Positions 38,309-49,620 of a stretch of DNA of 64,000 bases are shown piece by piece. The stretch is taken from contig NC_057735.1 in the NCBI RefSeq assembly GCF_004010195.1, positions 2,055,308-2,119,307 on the forward strand, written 5' to 3'. How positions within the stretch are numbered: the first letter of the stretch is position 1; each line of letters starts with the position of its first letter. A model generated the notes under the pieces. It was not told the DNA's origin, made no database searches, and saw only the letters and a list, made by a program, of their open reading frames with translations. Position numbers and translations under genes: made by a program. The DNA is from Chiloscyllium plagiosum (taxonomy: Eukaryota).

Positions 38309-40257
38309 CTCCTTCCAAGAGGAGTCTCCCCCAGCTAGTGGCTGGTAGACATTACTCTCCATGAAGGCATGGCTGCTCTGATTGTATGCAAGTGGAGCAT
38401 AACTGACAAAAAGTCCATCACATGTAAATCACTGATTCTTCCCTTCAGCTTTGCACAGTTTTACGCATGAGCTTATATCTTTTCCAAAGTAAGATTGAGA
38501 CTAATATGAAGTATACACACAGAAATGGTAAGGAAGGGATGTGATTGTGGGTAGCTCCATTTGGAGAGCTTGAACAAGCAGACAGGAGGATGAGGAGGCC
38601 CTCAAACTCAAAGCTTGTTCTCTTGTCATTACATACTGCTATGGTGCATCAGGTTCTGAAACTACAAGCAAGCTACACTAAGTGCACACTCGCTACATAG
38701 TCCACTAAACATTTAGATGACAGAATTTCCGAGTCTTACCTAATACTTGCCAAAAATCATTCTTCCCTCTGTTTGCAACCAGTCAAGCTGCCAACCAGTT
38801 TGCCACTGTCTGCACACCCCCAGCCCACAAGTATACCAAGTTGCAATCGATCACATTTAGCATGCCTGTCAGTTCAACAACTGTTCAGCAGCAGATTTGC
38901 GTGCACCAGAAAGAGTTTAGCAAGTGGCGCCTGTGTATCCTTCACCATCCACCAGGTCACAGCCAACATCAGCTTGGCCACGAACATTGGGAAACTCAGC
39001 AATCAGATTAACTAACTGATTGTGTCTGTGTGCATAGGTAACACATTCACCAGTCATCCACAAACATGTAATTTTGTGTTGCCCCACCAATGTTCCTCAC
39101 TGCCCCTCTGCCATTCTGTTGTTCCTCTGATGATAGCATGGTTTGTTTGTTCATAATGGATCTCAAGATAGTGGTGAGCTACTCTGTTCAACTACTCCAG
39201 TCCAAATAACTGCTTTTAAGGAAGATTAATCCTACAACTCAATGCAACAGTGAAGCCTCATGCAAAAAAAAACGTTATATGCAAAAAATACTGATTGGCT
39301 TTGAGGGGAACTTACAGATGGTAGTGCTCCCATGTGTCTGCTGCCTTTGTAGGTCATGTTTTTGGAGGGTGCTGTTGAAGCAGTCTTGTCCAGTCATTAT
39401 AGTGCATCATATATAGTACGTACTGCTGCCAGTGGCAGATGGAGGAATGCTGAAAGAATCAGATGGGGGACATTACAGAAGAACAGGCAATTATGTTGTT
39501 CTTTTTTTCTCGTTTGTTGTAAATGACTGGATAATATTTCAAGTTAAGATTTTAGAAGGAAAAACCAGAAAAAAAGGGAACTCTGCACACAGTCAGGCTG
39601 ACACATCTGTAGCCTCCTTTTCTCTCTCCTTTCTTAAACAGAGGGGTGACATTTATAATTCGGGCAGGTGGAAGCTGTATTAGCAGGGTGGTATGTTAAA
39701 GAAAGTGAGCATAACTCAGTTAGTTTTAGAATCGTTTTGGAAAAGGATAAGAACACTCTGGAACTCTGTGGGTCCAGCAATGAGTGGGCTAACAGTTTTC
39801 AGCAGAGGGGTTATTTTGCAAGTGAAGCTGATGGGTTTATGGTCCTCTGCCTGCAAACAAGGTTTGTCAGTTATCTGAACTGTTTGCACCATGAGCAAGA
39901 CTGACAGAAACTAGGTCAGACCAGAAGAGAAACTAGCAAATCTGCAGCAACCAAAACCTCTCTCTCAGTCCTCTGCACTAAATCACTTTAGTCACTCCCA
40001 ACTGGGCTGACAAGTGGCATGTAACATTTGTGCCACACAAATAGGTAAGTCCCCTGGGCCGGATGGGATTTCTCCTAGGATTCTCTTGGAAGCCAGGGAG
40101 GAGATTGTAGAGCCTTTGGCTTTGATCTTTATGTGGTCATTGTCTACAGGAATAGTGCCAGAAGGCTGGAGGATAGCAAACGTTGTTGCCTTGTTCAAGA
40201 AGGGGAGTAGAGACAACCCTGGCAATTATAGACCAGTGAGTCTTCGGTTGTGGGTAA

Positions 40258-40982
40258 GGTTTAGAGTGTAGGTTTGCTCGCTGAGCTGTAGGTTTGATAT
40301 CCAGACGTTTCATTACCTGGCTAGGTAACATCATTAGTGGCAACCTCCAAGTGAAGCGAAGCTGTTGTCTCCTGCTTTCTATTTATATGTTTGTCCTGGA
40401 TGGGGTTCCTGGGGCTTGTGGTGATGTCATTTCCTGTTCTGTTTTCTGAGGGGTTGATAGATGGTATCTAGATCTATGTGTTTGTTTATGGCATTGTGGT
40501 GGAGTGTCAGGCCTCTAGGAATTCTCTGGCATGTCTTTGCTTAGCCTTTCCCAGGATAGATGTGTTGTCCCAGTCAAAATGGTGTTTTTTTTTCATCCAT
40601 TTGTAGGGCTACAAGGGAGAGAGGGGCGTGTCTTTTTGTGGCTAGCTGGTGTTCGTGTATCCTGGTGGATAACTTTCTTCCTGTTTGTCCTATGTAGTGT
40701 AGGACACTCCAACCACGACACCATAAACAAACACATAGATCTAGATACCATCTATCAACCCCTCAGAAAACGAACAGGAAATGATATCACCAAAAACCCC
40801 AGGAACCCCATCCAGGACAAACATATAAATAGAAAGCAGGAGACAACAGCTTCACTTCACTTGGAGGTCGCCACTGATGATATTACCGAGCCAGGTAATA
40901 AAACATCTGGATATCAAACCTACAGCTCAGCGAGCAAACCTACACCCTAAACCTCAACCTGAGCTACAAACCTTCACAAACC
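40258..40982. mobile_element. Penelope-like element remnant with inverted pseudo-LTRs
   Basis: ~250-bp inverted arms (40258-40508 / 40703-40954); minus strand encodes HHFDWDNTSILGKAKQRHAREFLEA, resembling a PLE GIY-YIG C-terminus; 10-bp direct repeat TTGTGGGTAA at 40248-40257 and 40983-40992. Confidence 0.85.
40871..40910 (+). ncRNA. minimal type I hammerhead ribozyme motif (mutated); inverted copy at 40301-40340
   Basis: cca-CTGATGA-T-ATTACC-gagcca-GGTAAT-AAAA-CA-TC-tgg; the minus copy reads cca-CTAATGA-T-GTTACC-tagcca-GGTAAT-GAAA-CG-TC-tgg. Their consensus restores the full core. Confidence 0.7.
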
Positions 40983-41142
40983 TTGTGGGTAAAGTGTTGG
41001 AAAAGGCTATAAGAAATAGGAGTTATAATCATTGACAGAGGAATAAGTTGATTAGGGCTAGTCAACACGGTTTTGTGAAGGGTAGGTCGTGCCTCACAAA
41101 CCTTATTGAGTTCTTTGAGAAGGTGACCAAACAGGTGGATGA

Positions 41143-41336
41143 GGAGAAAGTGAGGAATGCAGATGCTGGAGATCAGAGTCAAGAGTGTGGTGCTAGAAAA
41201 GCACTGCAGGTCAGGCAGCATCCGAGGAGCAGGAGAATCGATGTTTCGGGCAAGAGCCCCTTCATCGGGATTCTTGCCAGAGACATTGATTCTCCTGCTC
41301 CTCGGATGCTGCCTGACCTGCTGTGCTTTTCCAGCA
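41143..41336. mobile_element. Penelope-derived fold-back short element
   Basis: GGAGAAAGTGAGGAATGCAGATGCTGG head; inverted arms around ~41268. Confidence 0.8.
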
Positions 41337-42225
41337 GATATATGGGAACACCCACCATCTTCAAGCTCCCCTCCAAGTCATTCACCATCCTGACCTGGAA
41401 ATATATCACCGATCCTTCTTTGTCACTGGGTCAAAATCCTGGAAATTCCTCCCTGATGGCATTATAGGTCAACCCACAGAAGGTGGACTGCAGCGATTTG
41501 AGAAGGCAGCTCACCACCACCTTCTCAAGGGGTAACTAGGGACAGGCAATAAATGCTGGGCCCGCTGGCCATGTTCTTAAAAATCCAAGAAAATTAGCTC
41601 ATCCCTTTTTCAGTGGATACTGCGAGTAGTGCTTTTGAATTGGGGAAGTCATAGACCTCTCGTAAATATAACAGCCACTCAGTGCCTCTTACAAACAATT
41701 GGGAGCATTCAGAGAAAGGAAGATTGGGCAGCAGGAACCAAACAGATCCTGTGAGCAAAGACTACAGAACTGCTTTCCCAGTATTCACTTCGGCCATGGG
41801 TTTCATTTCTCTTTTTATATTTATTTGTGGGTTTGTGAAAGGGGGAATTCATAAGGGGTTTAGAGTTTTATTTTGTAGAGTTGACTGAATTTAATTGGTT
41901 ACCTACAGCTGGAATCTAGATACTTGTAATAAATACTGATTCTTGTCAAGGACAGAAAATATGTGAGTGCTTTCTATCAATCTGAAAATCAGGTAGTTTG
42001 GAGATTTTGCCTATATCTTTAAAAGCCTGTAACTTTCAAGAGGACTCCAGGAACAGCAAGATTTAATGCTGACACGTTACCACAGTGAGTTGTGTCAATG
42101 GAGGCAAGGGAAGGGTTATCTGGGGCCCTGGCAGGAATTTTTACCTATGTCTGGCCACAGTTGAGGTGCTAAAGGACTGGAAAACTGACAACATGACACC
42201 TTTATTAAAACAAAGAATGGAAGAG

Positions 42226-42438
42226 GCGAAAGTGAGGACTGCAGATGCTGGAGATCAGAGTCAAGATTAGAGTGGCGCTGGGAAAGCACAGCAGGTCAGA
42301 CAGCATCCAAGGAGCAGGAAAATCAATGTTTCAGGCAAAAGCCCTTCCTGATGTAGGGGTTTTGCCCGAAACGTCGATTTTCCTGCTCTTAGGATGCTGC
42401 CTGACCTGCTGTGCTTTTCCAGCACCACTCTAATCTTG
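42226..42438. mobile_element. Penelope-derived fold-back short element inserted in a CR1 remnant
   Basis: Inverted arms; flanking repeat AAAGAATGGAAGAG (42212-42225) / AAAAAATGGAAGAG (42439-42452); motif CTGATGT-A-GGGG-TTTT-GCCC-GAAACGTC. Confidence 0.8.
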
Positions 42439-44400
42439 AAAAAATGGAAGAGACATGCAAGGAAACTGTAGGCCAGTCAGTCTTACCTCAGTAGTGGGGG
42501 AAGCCCCCTTAAATGGGGTTTATCAGGGCTTTGTACTGGGTGATGCACATTGTTAAAAGGGCAATGAGTTACAGAACAAAAGGTGAGAGCTTAGAAGTTA
42601 ACGAAGATTACAGAGACCTTGATGAGTACAGCCATAGATTCCTGAACATAGCAGTTTACCACTTCTATGTACCATGCTTACTTTTCACATCTTCTCTCTA
42701 TTTAGATTGTGGCTTTAAAATAAGAGAAAGACACTGCTCTAAACCATGATCTGTGGAAAGAGATGTTGCATTTCAAATAAGTGACTGGAATGTTGAGAGA
42801 GATATTAACGTTCCTGCGTGTTGAGACTACAGAAGACAAGACTGTAAAGATGATTCAAGATGGCACCAACACCACAGGGCTCCTTGCAAACTCCTGAGTG
42901 CAGATTTTATTCTAACATTACACACTATTAAACCAAAGACTGTCTTGTTACTGTTGATCATGGTCCAAGCACCTCCTACGCAGTGTAACCTGTATACCTC
43001 ACTCTTCTAATTATCCTATGATCCGATTATCCTTACTTACTATAATCTGCCCGTACTGCTCACAAACCAAGATTTTCACTGTGTTTAGGTACACCGTCGC
43101 TTGTGAATTAGAAAGCATCTCTCTCTCCATTTTCTAAGAGTGGAAAAGTTAAGACAACATTCCACAAAGCTTGATACCTTCTCTTTCTCCTTTAATTCGC
43201 TTCTTGAAGGAAAATTGGAAAACTAGCTTCAAAGGTATCGAATTACAAAACTCCCAAAAGGAAAGACAGCATCCATAACCTCACCTAATTTCTGACAATT
43301 CCAGGAAAAACAAGGTTTCATTTCAAAGCTGCTACTACAGTGAGTCATGAGACAAAGCATATACACACTGATTTTGTTAGTCAAAGAAGAACGTTATACT
43401 CAAATGGTATTAAAAAACCCAGTTAGGTCACAACTACATGACTGCACATAGTTCTGATCCCCACATTATAGGATGTGATTGCATTAGAGAGGGCACAGAG
43501 GATTGCTACTTGGGCTGGAGGGTTTGTGCTATGAGGAAAGATTGGATACATTAGAGTTTCTTTCCTTGGATCTGTGAAGGTTTAGAGGGAAGCTGAAATA
43601 GGAGTATTATATTGTGAAGGGCATAAATAGGGGCAGGCACCTTTCTCTTAGTAGATTGGTCAATGAACTGGCCAAAGATTTAAGAAAATTAGAAGGCTAA
43701 GAGGGAAACCGAGGAGAAATTACTTTGCCCAGAGGGTGTTGGATGTCTGCAAATCACTGCCTGAAATGGTAGCTGACTCAGAAACTCTTTGTAATATATA
43801 AGTAATTAGAAATTTACTTGAGATGCTATGGCCTCCAAGGCTACGTTCTTATGTGCTGTGAATGTCTAAGAGTGTGAGACTTGTATTTTGCTGTTGTAGT
43901 TAGGTTTTGGGAAGTGGGAGGTTAGTTACTCACACCAGAATTCCCAGCATGTGACCTGCTCTTTCAGCCTCAGTATTTATCAGTTGGTCCAGTTTAGGCT
44001 TTTATCTATAGTAACACCCCACTACCCTGAATGTTGATAGTGGGGGAAATACAAACACATCACCATTGCGTGTGAAGTGAATCTGGGTGAATTCTCTTTT
44101 GTTTAAGATAGTTATTGCCCGGCACTATCATAGAAGCAAGAGTAGGCTATTCAAGCCTGCTCTGCCATTCAAGAAGATCATGGCTGATCGGACTTGCCTG
44201 GCAGCTTCCTGATGGGCTGGGCTGGTGTCCTCCTTAAGCCAACATTTTCCTGGTGGTGGGTGAGGCCGGTTCCTAGTGGCGAGGCTGATGTACTCATATC
44301 GTGACCAGGGCATGTTCTTTGTGGCTTGTGAGGTGCTTCACAAGCATCTTCCTTGTACTTGCTCTGGGATTTCCTCATTGCCTCTTGTGGTATGACAATC

Positions 44401-45196
44401 TTACTGTCTTTGTTGCTGTCCTGGCACACTGGACTGAGCAGGGATGACAACATTAACACTGTCAACATACATCCCTTTCGGTCTTTCTGTCGTACACTGC
44501 CTCTTCCTACTGAATGTCTCCTCAGCACATGATCCCTTTGGCCCTCCCTGCTGCTTAATGGGCGGTAACTGACAATCACGAAGCTTCAGCAGTGCCTGAA
44601 TGGCTGTCTCATGGGAGGGACTCCATGTGGCAGCATATGTTTGTGTGGCAATGCTTCTTTTACTGACCCCTGAGGTAAATATCCCTAGCTGAGAAACAGC
44701 TGCAGGATCTGGAGATGGATGCAGACGGGCATATGAATGCTCCACAATTTCCCGAGGTGTATCTTGCCAATTGAGTGGCACATCACTGGGCCCATAATTC
44801 TCATCAAGACATTCTATATCCTCTTCCATCCCTTGCTGCCAATGTTGAATTTGCCGATCCAACCAGTCTAGTTGCCTATGGAAACGCTTTGTGTCACTCT
44901 GCAGCATGGTGCGTGACAGCTGTTTCCATCTGGTGATCAGTAAACTGTGTTTCTCTTCGGTGGTGAGAGGGTAGGGTTGCTGCTGTACAATTGATACGCC
45001 ATCTGCCATGGGTTGCCATGTTCTGCGCTGGCGACAGTCAGGAGCCAGTCGTTCCAAAGACAGGCCAAGATGCCGTAAAAGATCTGGATCCAGGATGTGG
45101 CCGGAGTGTATGAGATGGTAGGCAGTGACACACAACCGGTTCTTGTTCGGGTCAAGATGAATTGTGATGCAGGCTTCACAACCCATCGCAAGATAC
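44401..45196 (-). CDS. ZSWIM3/ZSWIM9-like Mutator-derived protein, exon 3 (YLAMGCEACITIHLDPNKNRLCVTAYHLIHSGH...stop)
   Basis: tttcccag acceptor, phase 2 compatible with exon 2 (AG+G=Arg); 796 nt open in unique sequence; supplies the second Cys and the His pair of the Zn site. Confidence 0.8.
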
Positions 45197-46212
45197 CTGG
45201 GAAATCAATACAGAAACAATTATGTCAGGAAAGATTAGAAGACATTAAATGCCTATTAATCCCCATCAACTCCACCCTCAGCACGTATCTACTCCACCCA
45301 CTAAAAACTGAAAAAGGGTCTGACCCCCCTCACAAAGTCATCATGCCTCAATTTCTACAAAGCCTATATAACCAGCGAATCTCCCCCATCAAGTCTCTCA
45401 CTATACCAATCCCTACTGAGTCAATAAACTGTCGCCACTAAGGAGTATCTCCCCTGATTACCAGTGGATCTGTCTTTTGGATTTTCAGGATGTATAGCTG
45501 AGGATAGACTCTCACCAATTATCTTTCCCCTCCCATCTCAGACTCTGTACATCAGCAGCAGCCAGTCTCCAATTCTTAAATGTGGAAAACAGCAAATCAA
45601 CAGTAAACACGTTCATAAAAATGGCCAGAAATAGGGAAAACGTGAAAACCTTTTGTCTTGCATTGCTTGGGAATGGAACACAATACTAATTAACTATCAT
45701 AGGAAAGGTAGAATAATGGAGACTGGCAATCTCTGCTACATTTCCATAGCAATACACTGACCGACGATATATCACCTGCTTCAGCCCCTTGTTTCCTTTC
45801 AGCAACAGCTCTGGTACTTTCCCAAACAATTATATTTCACCAATGGCAGAAGAAGCCGAGCAAAAATGCAAGTGTTAGTCTGAACAGGACAGGAACGACA
45901 AAGTGAATGGGAAAGGGAACTATGCAACAAGCAGGACAGCAGCAGGCCTGAACAGGCAATCTCAGAAGCCAAACCCTGTAACTACAGACAAATCTTCCAA
46001 ATACACTGTGCCATTGCTCAATCAACAATCTGCACATGATTCACCAAGGAATGGAAATCACAGCGAGAGACCTAAATTAAGTTAAACAAAAACATACATA
46101 CTGAATGCATGCTTGTCCAAGTCAAGATGTTGAGGATTGCCAATTCAGCCAGTATGGTAATGGCAGGTGCTATGTCCACCTGTACAGAGAGGAAGAGGTG
46201 TCGGTTCTCACT

Positions 46213-47716
46213 TGCGAGGAAGAGGATGGCCAAAGTGAGGGTAGGGCTGATCAGGGATAGTGGAGAAAACTTGCGCCTGGAGTCAGAGGAAGTAGGGGAG
46301 GTCCTTACTGAACATTTTGCTTCAGTATTCACTACTGAGAGGGACCTCCATGTTTCTGAAAACAGCGTAAAACAGACTGATTTGCTCGAACAGGTTGATG
46401 TTATGAAGTAGGATGTGCTGAAAATTTTGAAAACTGAAGGATAGATAAATCCCCTGGGCCAGACTGGATATACCCTAGGTTACTACAGGAAGCGAAGGAA
46501 GAGATTGCCTTTGGCGATGATCTTTGCATCCTCATTGTCCACTGGAGCAGTCCAGATTATTAAAGGGTGGCAAATGATATTCCCTTGTTCAAGAAAGGGA
46601 ATAGGGATAACCCTGGGAATTACAGACCAGACAGTCTTACGTCAGTGGTGGGCAAAGTATTGGAAAGAATTCTGAGAGAAAGGATTTATGATTACTTGGA
46701 AAACCATAGTTTGATTAGACATAGTCAGCATGGTTTTGTGAAGGGCTAGTTGTGCCTTACAAACCTGATGGAACTCTTTGAGGATGTGACAAAACATGTT
46801 GATAAAAGTAGAGCAGCGGATGTGGTGTACACGGATTTTAACAAGGTGTTTGATATGGTACCCCATGGTAGGCTCATTCAAAAAGGAGGGAAACAGGGAA
46901 ATCTGGCTATCTGGCTACAGAATTGGCTGTCCCATCGAATACAGAGGGTGGGGATAGATGTAAAGTATTCAGCCTTGGGCTCGGTGACCAGTACTGTTCC
47001 GCAGGTATCAGTTTTGGAATCTCTGCTCTTTGTGATTTTTATAAATGACTTGTATGAGGAAGTGGAAGTGTGGGTTAGTAAGTTTGCTGATGACATGAAG
47101 GTTGGTGGAGTTGTGGATAGTATGTTGCAACAGGTTGTAGGTTGCAACAGGATATTGGCAGGATGCAGAACTGGGCTGATAAGTGGCAGATGGAGTTCAA
47201 CCTGGAAAAGTGTTAAGTCATTCACTTTGGAAGATCAAATTTGAATGCAGAATACAGGGTTAAAGGCAGAATTCTTGGCAGTGTGGAGGAACAGAGGGAT
47301 CTTAGGGTCCATGTCCATAGTTCCCTTAAAGTTGCCAACCAAGTTGAAAGGGTTGTTAAGAAGGCATATGGTGTGTTGGCTTTCAAGATGTCGAGAGGCA
47401 TAGTCAGAGTGGATACCCAGAGACTTTTTCCCATGGTGGAAATGTCTATTATGGGGGAACATAATTTTAAGGTAATTGGAAGAAGGTTTGGGGAGATGTC
47501 AGAGCTAGGTTCTTTAACAGTGCAGGTACATGGAATGCACTGCCAAAAGCAGCAGTAGAGTCAGATATATTAGGCGCAATTAAGCGACTCTTGGATCGGC
47601 ACATGGATGATAGTACAATAAAGGGTATGGAGGCTATTCTGATCTTAGAGTAGGATAAATGGCCGACACAACACTGAGGGCCGAAGGTCTTGTACTGCGC
47701 TAGACTGTTCTATGCT
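46213..47716 (+). mobile_element. CR1 LINE ORF2 fragment with internal deletion, in intron 2 of the minus-strand gene
   Basis: KKGNRDNPGNYRP, SQHGFVKG, KFADDMK motifs; GTTCTATG tail; several stops and frameshifts. Confidence 0.93.
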
Positions 47717-47849
47717 CTGCCGCCAGCCCCACCAGTAATCTTGTTCAGGGAATCGTGGCTATCATAAGGGGGTACTGCATCTGAACGCAGAACAAGATCT
47801 GTGTTGAAAATCTCACCTTCATTCAAAGTTTGGCAAAATGAATAATTAC

Positions 47850-48016
47850 CTCTGTTTGGGTCTCACCCCAGTGGATCGAATGCGTGGCTGTCCATAGTGG
47901 ACACACTGCAGATTCACTGAGGTGTATTTGAAGTGACCTGGAATTGGTACTGTACGTGTCTCATTTGCCTTCTTAACCGTATGGGTCCTAGACTTTTTGA
48001 AGATGCTCCCTGTTGC
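47850..48016 (-). CDS. ZSWIM3/ZSWIM9-like protein, exon 2 (ATGSIFKKSRTHTVKKANETRTVPIPGHFKYTSVNLQCVHYGQPRIRSTGVRPKQ)
   Basis: tacttacag acceptor, AG|gtaatt donor, phase 0-2; KY-x5-C-x-H-x-G pattern of Mutator/FAR1-type DNA-binding domains. Confidence 0.82.
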
Positions 48017-48441
48017 CTGTAAGTACAACAATAAATGACAGTGAAACCACATTCATGAGACTGTAAAACAGAAGTACATCACTGTCGAAAACATGCCATC
48101 TCTCACTTGTTTCTTCACCCTTTCCCCTCCTCATCACTATTCACTCTGCTGTCCTCCCCAACACCATCTCCCTCACTCATCATCGTCCTCCTTTTCCCAC
48201 CTCTCTTAGCCTCACATCTCTCTCATCCCCATGGCATCTCTCCCACTTCCATTCACTCCCATGTCACCCCAACCTGCATCCTCCTATATCCNNNNNNNNN
48301 NNNNNNNNNNNNNNNNNNNNNNNNNNNNNNCCCTGTCCCCTCACAGTCCCCCTTTCTGTAACCAATCCTCCCAACCCTCCTCCATTCCCCCCACTCTCTC
48401 CTCCCCTCCCCCTCCCCCTTTAACCCCACGGGGTGGGGAAC

Positions 48442-48543
48442 CTGCTGGAAAAGCTCCAATCTGCAGCTAAACTCGTCGAAGCTCTCAAACTCCAGCGTTC
48501 CAAACATGTTGAGAAACTGCTGCGTGGTGTCGAGTGAATTCAT
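48442..48543 (-). CDS. ZSWIM3/ZSWIM9-like protein, exon 1 (MNSLDTTQQFLNMFGTLEFESFDEFSCRLELFQQ)
   Basis: ATG in GGCATGA context, CAG|gttccc donor (weak), phase 0; F-x-S-F-D-E-F helix typical of the start of this domain. Confidence 0.75.
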
Positions 48544-48694
48544 GCCTCAGAATCAATTACAATAACTGAATGATTTATATTTGTGAATATTTGGGGTATC
48601 CGGTGGCGAGTGACAAGAGGAGAATTGATTTAAATTCTCCAGAACCTGAGGGAACCAGCCTGGGAATATTTTCAAATTGCCGAATATAACCGAT

Positions 48695-48784
48695 CACTTC
48701 CTCACTGCGCATGTGCGGCTCCGAATGTGCATTACGTCGTCGACAATATGCGGTGACGTCTGGAAGTGACCGCGCGTGCGCAGT
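48695..48784. promoter_or_regulatory. CpG-rich promoter module: ETS/GABP-, NRF1- and CRE-like sites
   Basis: CACTTCC 48695, TGCGCATGTGC 48706, TTACGTC 48732, TGACGTC 48754, GGAAGTG 48762, GCGCGTGCGCA 48772; CpG-dense in an otherwise CpG-poor window. Confidence 0.7.
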
Positions 48785-48848
48785 ACCGTCTGCCCGCCTC
48801 CCCGATACGTAGGGTTGAGTGTAGGGGTGTGTGTGACGCAGGGTCGTA

Positions 48849-49373
48849 GGAGCAGGTGAATCGACGTTTCGGGCATAAGCCCTTCATTAGGAATGAGGCC
48901 TGTGGGTTGGGAGATAAATGGGAGAGGGGGGGTGGAGCTGGGAAGGTAGCTGAGGGTGCGATAGGTAGACGGAGGTGGGGGTAAAGGTGATAGGTCGGAG
49001 AGGAGGGCGGTGATAGGTGGGCAGGAAGATGGACAGGTGGGACCGGTCATCAGGGCGGTACCAAGATCTGGGGTAAGGTGGGGGGAGGGGAGATGTGGAA
49101 ACTGGTGAAATACACATTGATCCCGCGGGATTGGAGGGTTCCGAGGCGTTCTTCCTCAGGCGTCAGGTCCTCCATTGCCAGACCCTAAGCACAGGATGCC
49201 TGGAGGAGGAACGCCTTATCTTTCCCCCACCTTACCCCAGATCTTGGCACCTCCCTCATGACCTGTCCATCTTCCTTCCCACCTATTAGCTCCGCCCTCC
49301 TCTCCGACCTATCGCCATTACCCCCACCAGCGTCTCTCAGCTACCTTCCCCTCACAGCCTCATTCCTGATGAA
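48849..49373. mobile_element. Penelope-derived fold-back element inside the intergenic promoter
   Basis: Inverted arms ~48883-49086 / 49223-49373; the loop encodes LHCQTLSTGCLEEERLIF (PLE ORF C-terminus-like); minus-strand CTAATGA-A-GGGC-TTAT-GCCC-GAAACGTC at 48863-48890. Confidence 0.75.
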
Positions 49374-49439
49374 CGGCTGTCGACTCCCGGATACACAGGG
49401 CCCGCTCCCGGAGTCACCTGATCCCCCGCAGACCCGTAC

Positions 49440-49620
49440 CACAGCCCCGCCCCGAGCGTCACCATCCCTGCGGGCCCGCCCCCGGAGTCAACAGCCCCGC
49501 CCCTTAGGTAAGTAACCCCGCCCCCGGGGTCACCAGCCTTGGGCCCCCACCCCAGTCACCGCTTCCGGACCCGCCCCGGATGTGGGGCCTGTTAGGTCAA
49601 GCTTGGGGTGGGCGGGAACT
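49440..49620 (+). promoter_or_regulatory. CYB561D1 proximal promoter, GC-box cluster / CpG island
   Basis: Repeated CCCCGCCC (Sp/KLF-type) at 49445, 49495 and 49515, ETS-like CTTCCGG at 49562; immediately upstream of the ATG. Confidence 0.7.

Larger units (their letters stand above)
40035..41140 (+). mobile_element. CR1 ORF2 fragment interrupted by a Penelope insertion
   Basis: KSPGPDGISPRIL...NPGNYRPVSL before, and SQHGFVKGRSCLTNLIEFFEKVT after, the insertion. Confidence 0.9.

Noticed and set aside
44178-44579. 133-aa ORF as a separate gene
   Set aside because: Overlaps the end of the novel gene's exon 3 in another frame, starts at a non-ATG codon and has no recognisable motif.
46070-46200. 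Exon-like acceptors in intron 2 of the novel gene (ctctgtacag| near 46179 and aatttag| near 46070, minus strand)
   Set aside because: In the required phase both reach a stop within 3-10 codons and the peptides are unrecognisable; at most poison or relic exons.
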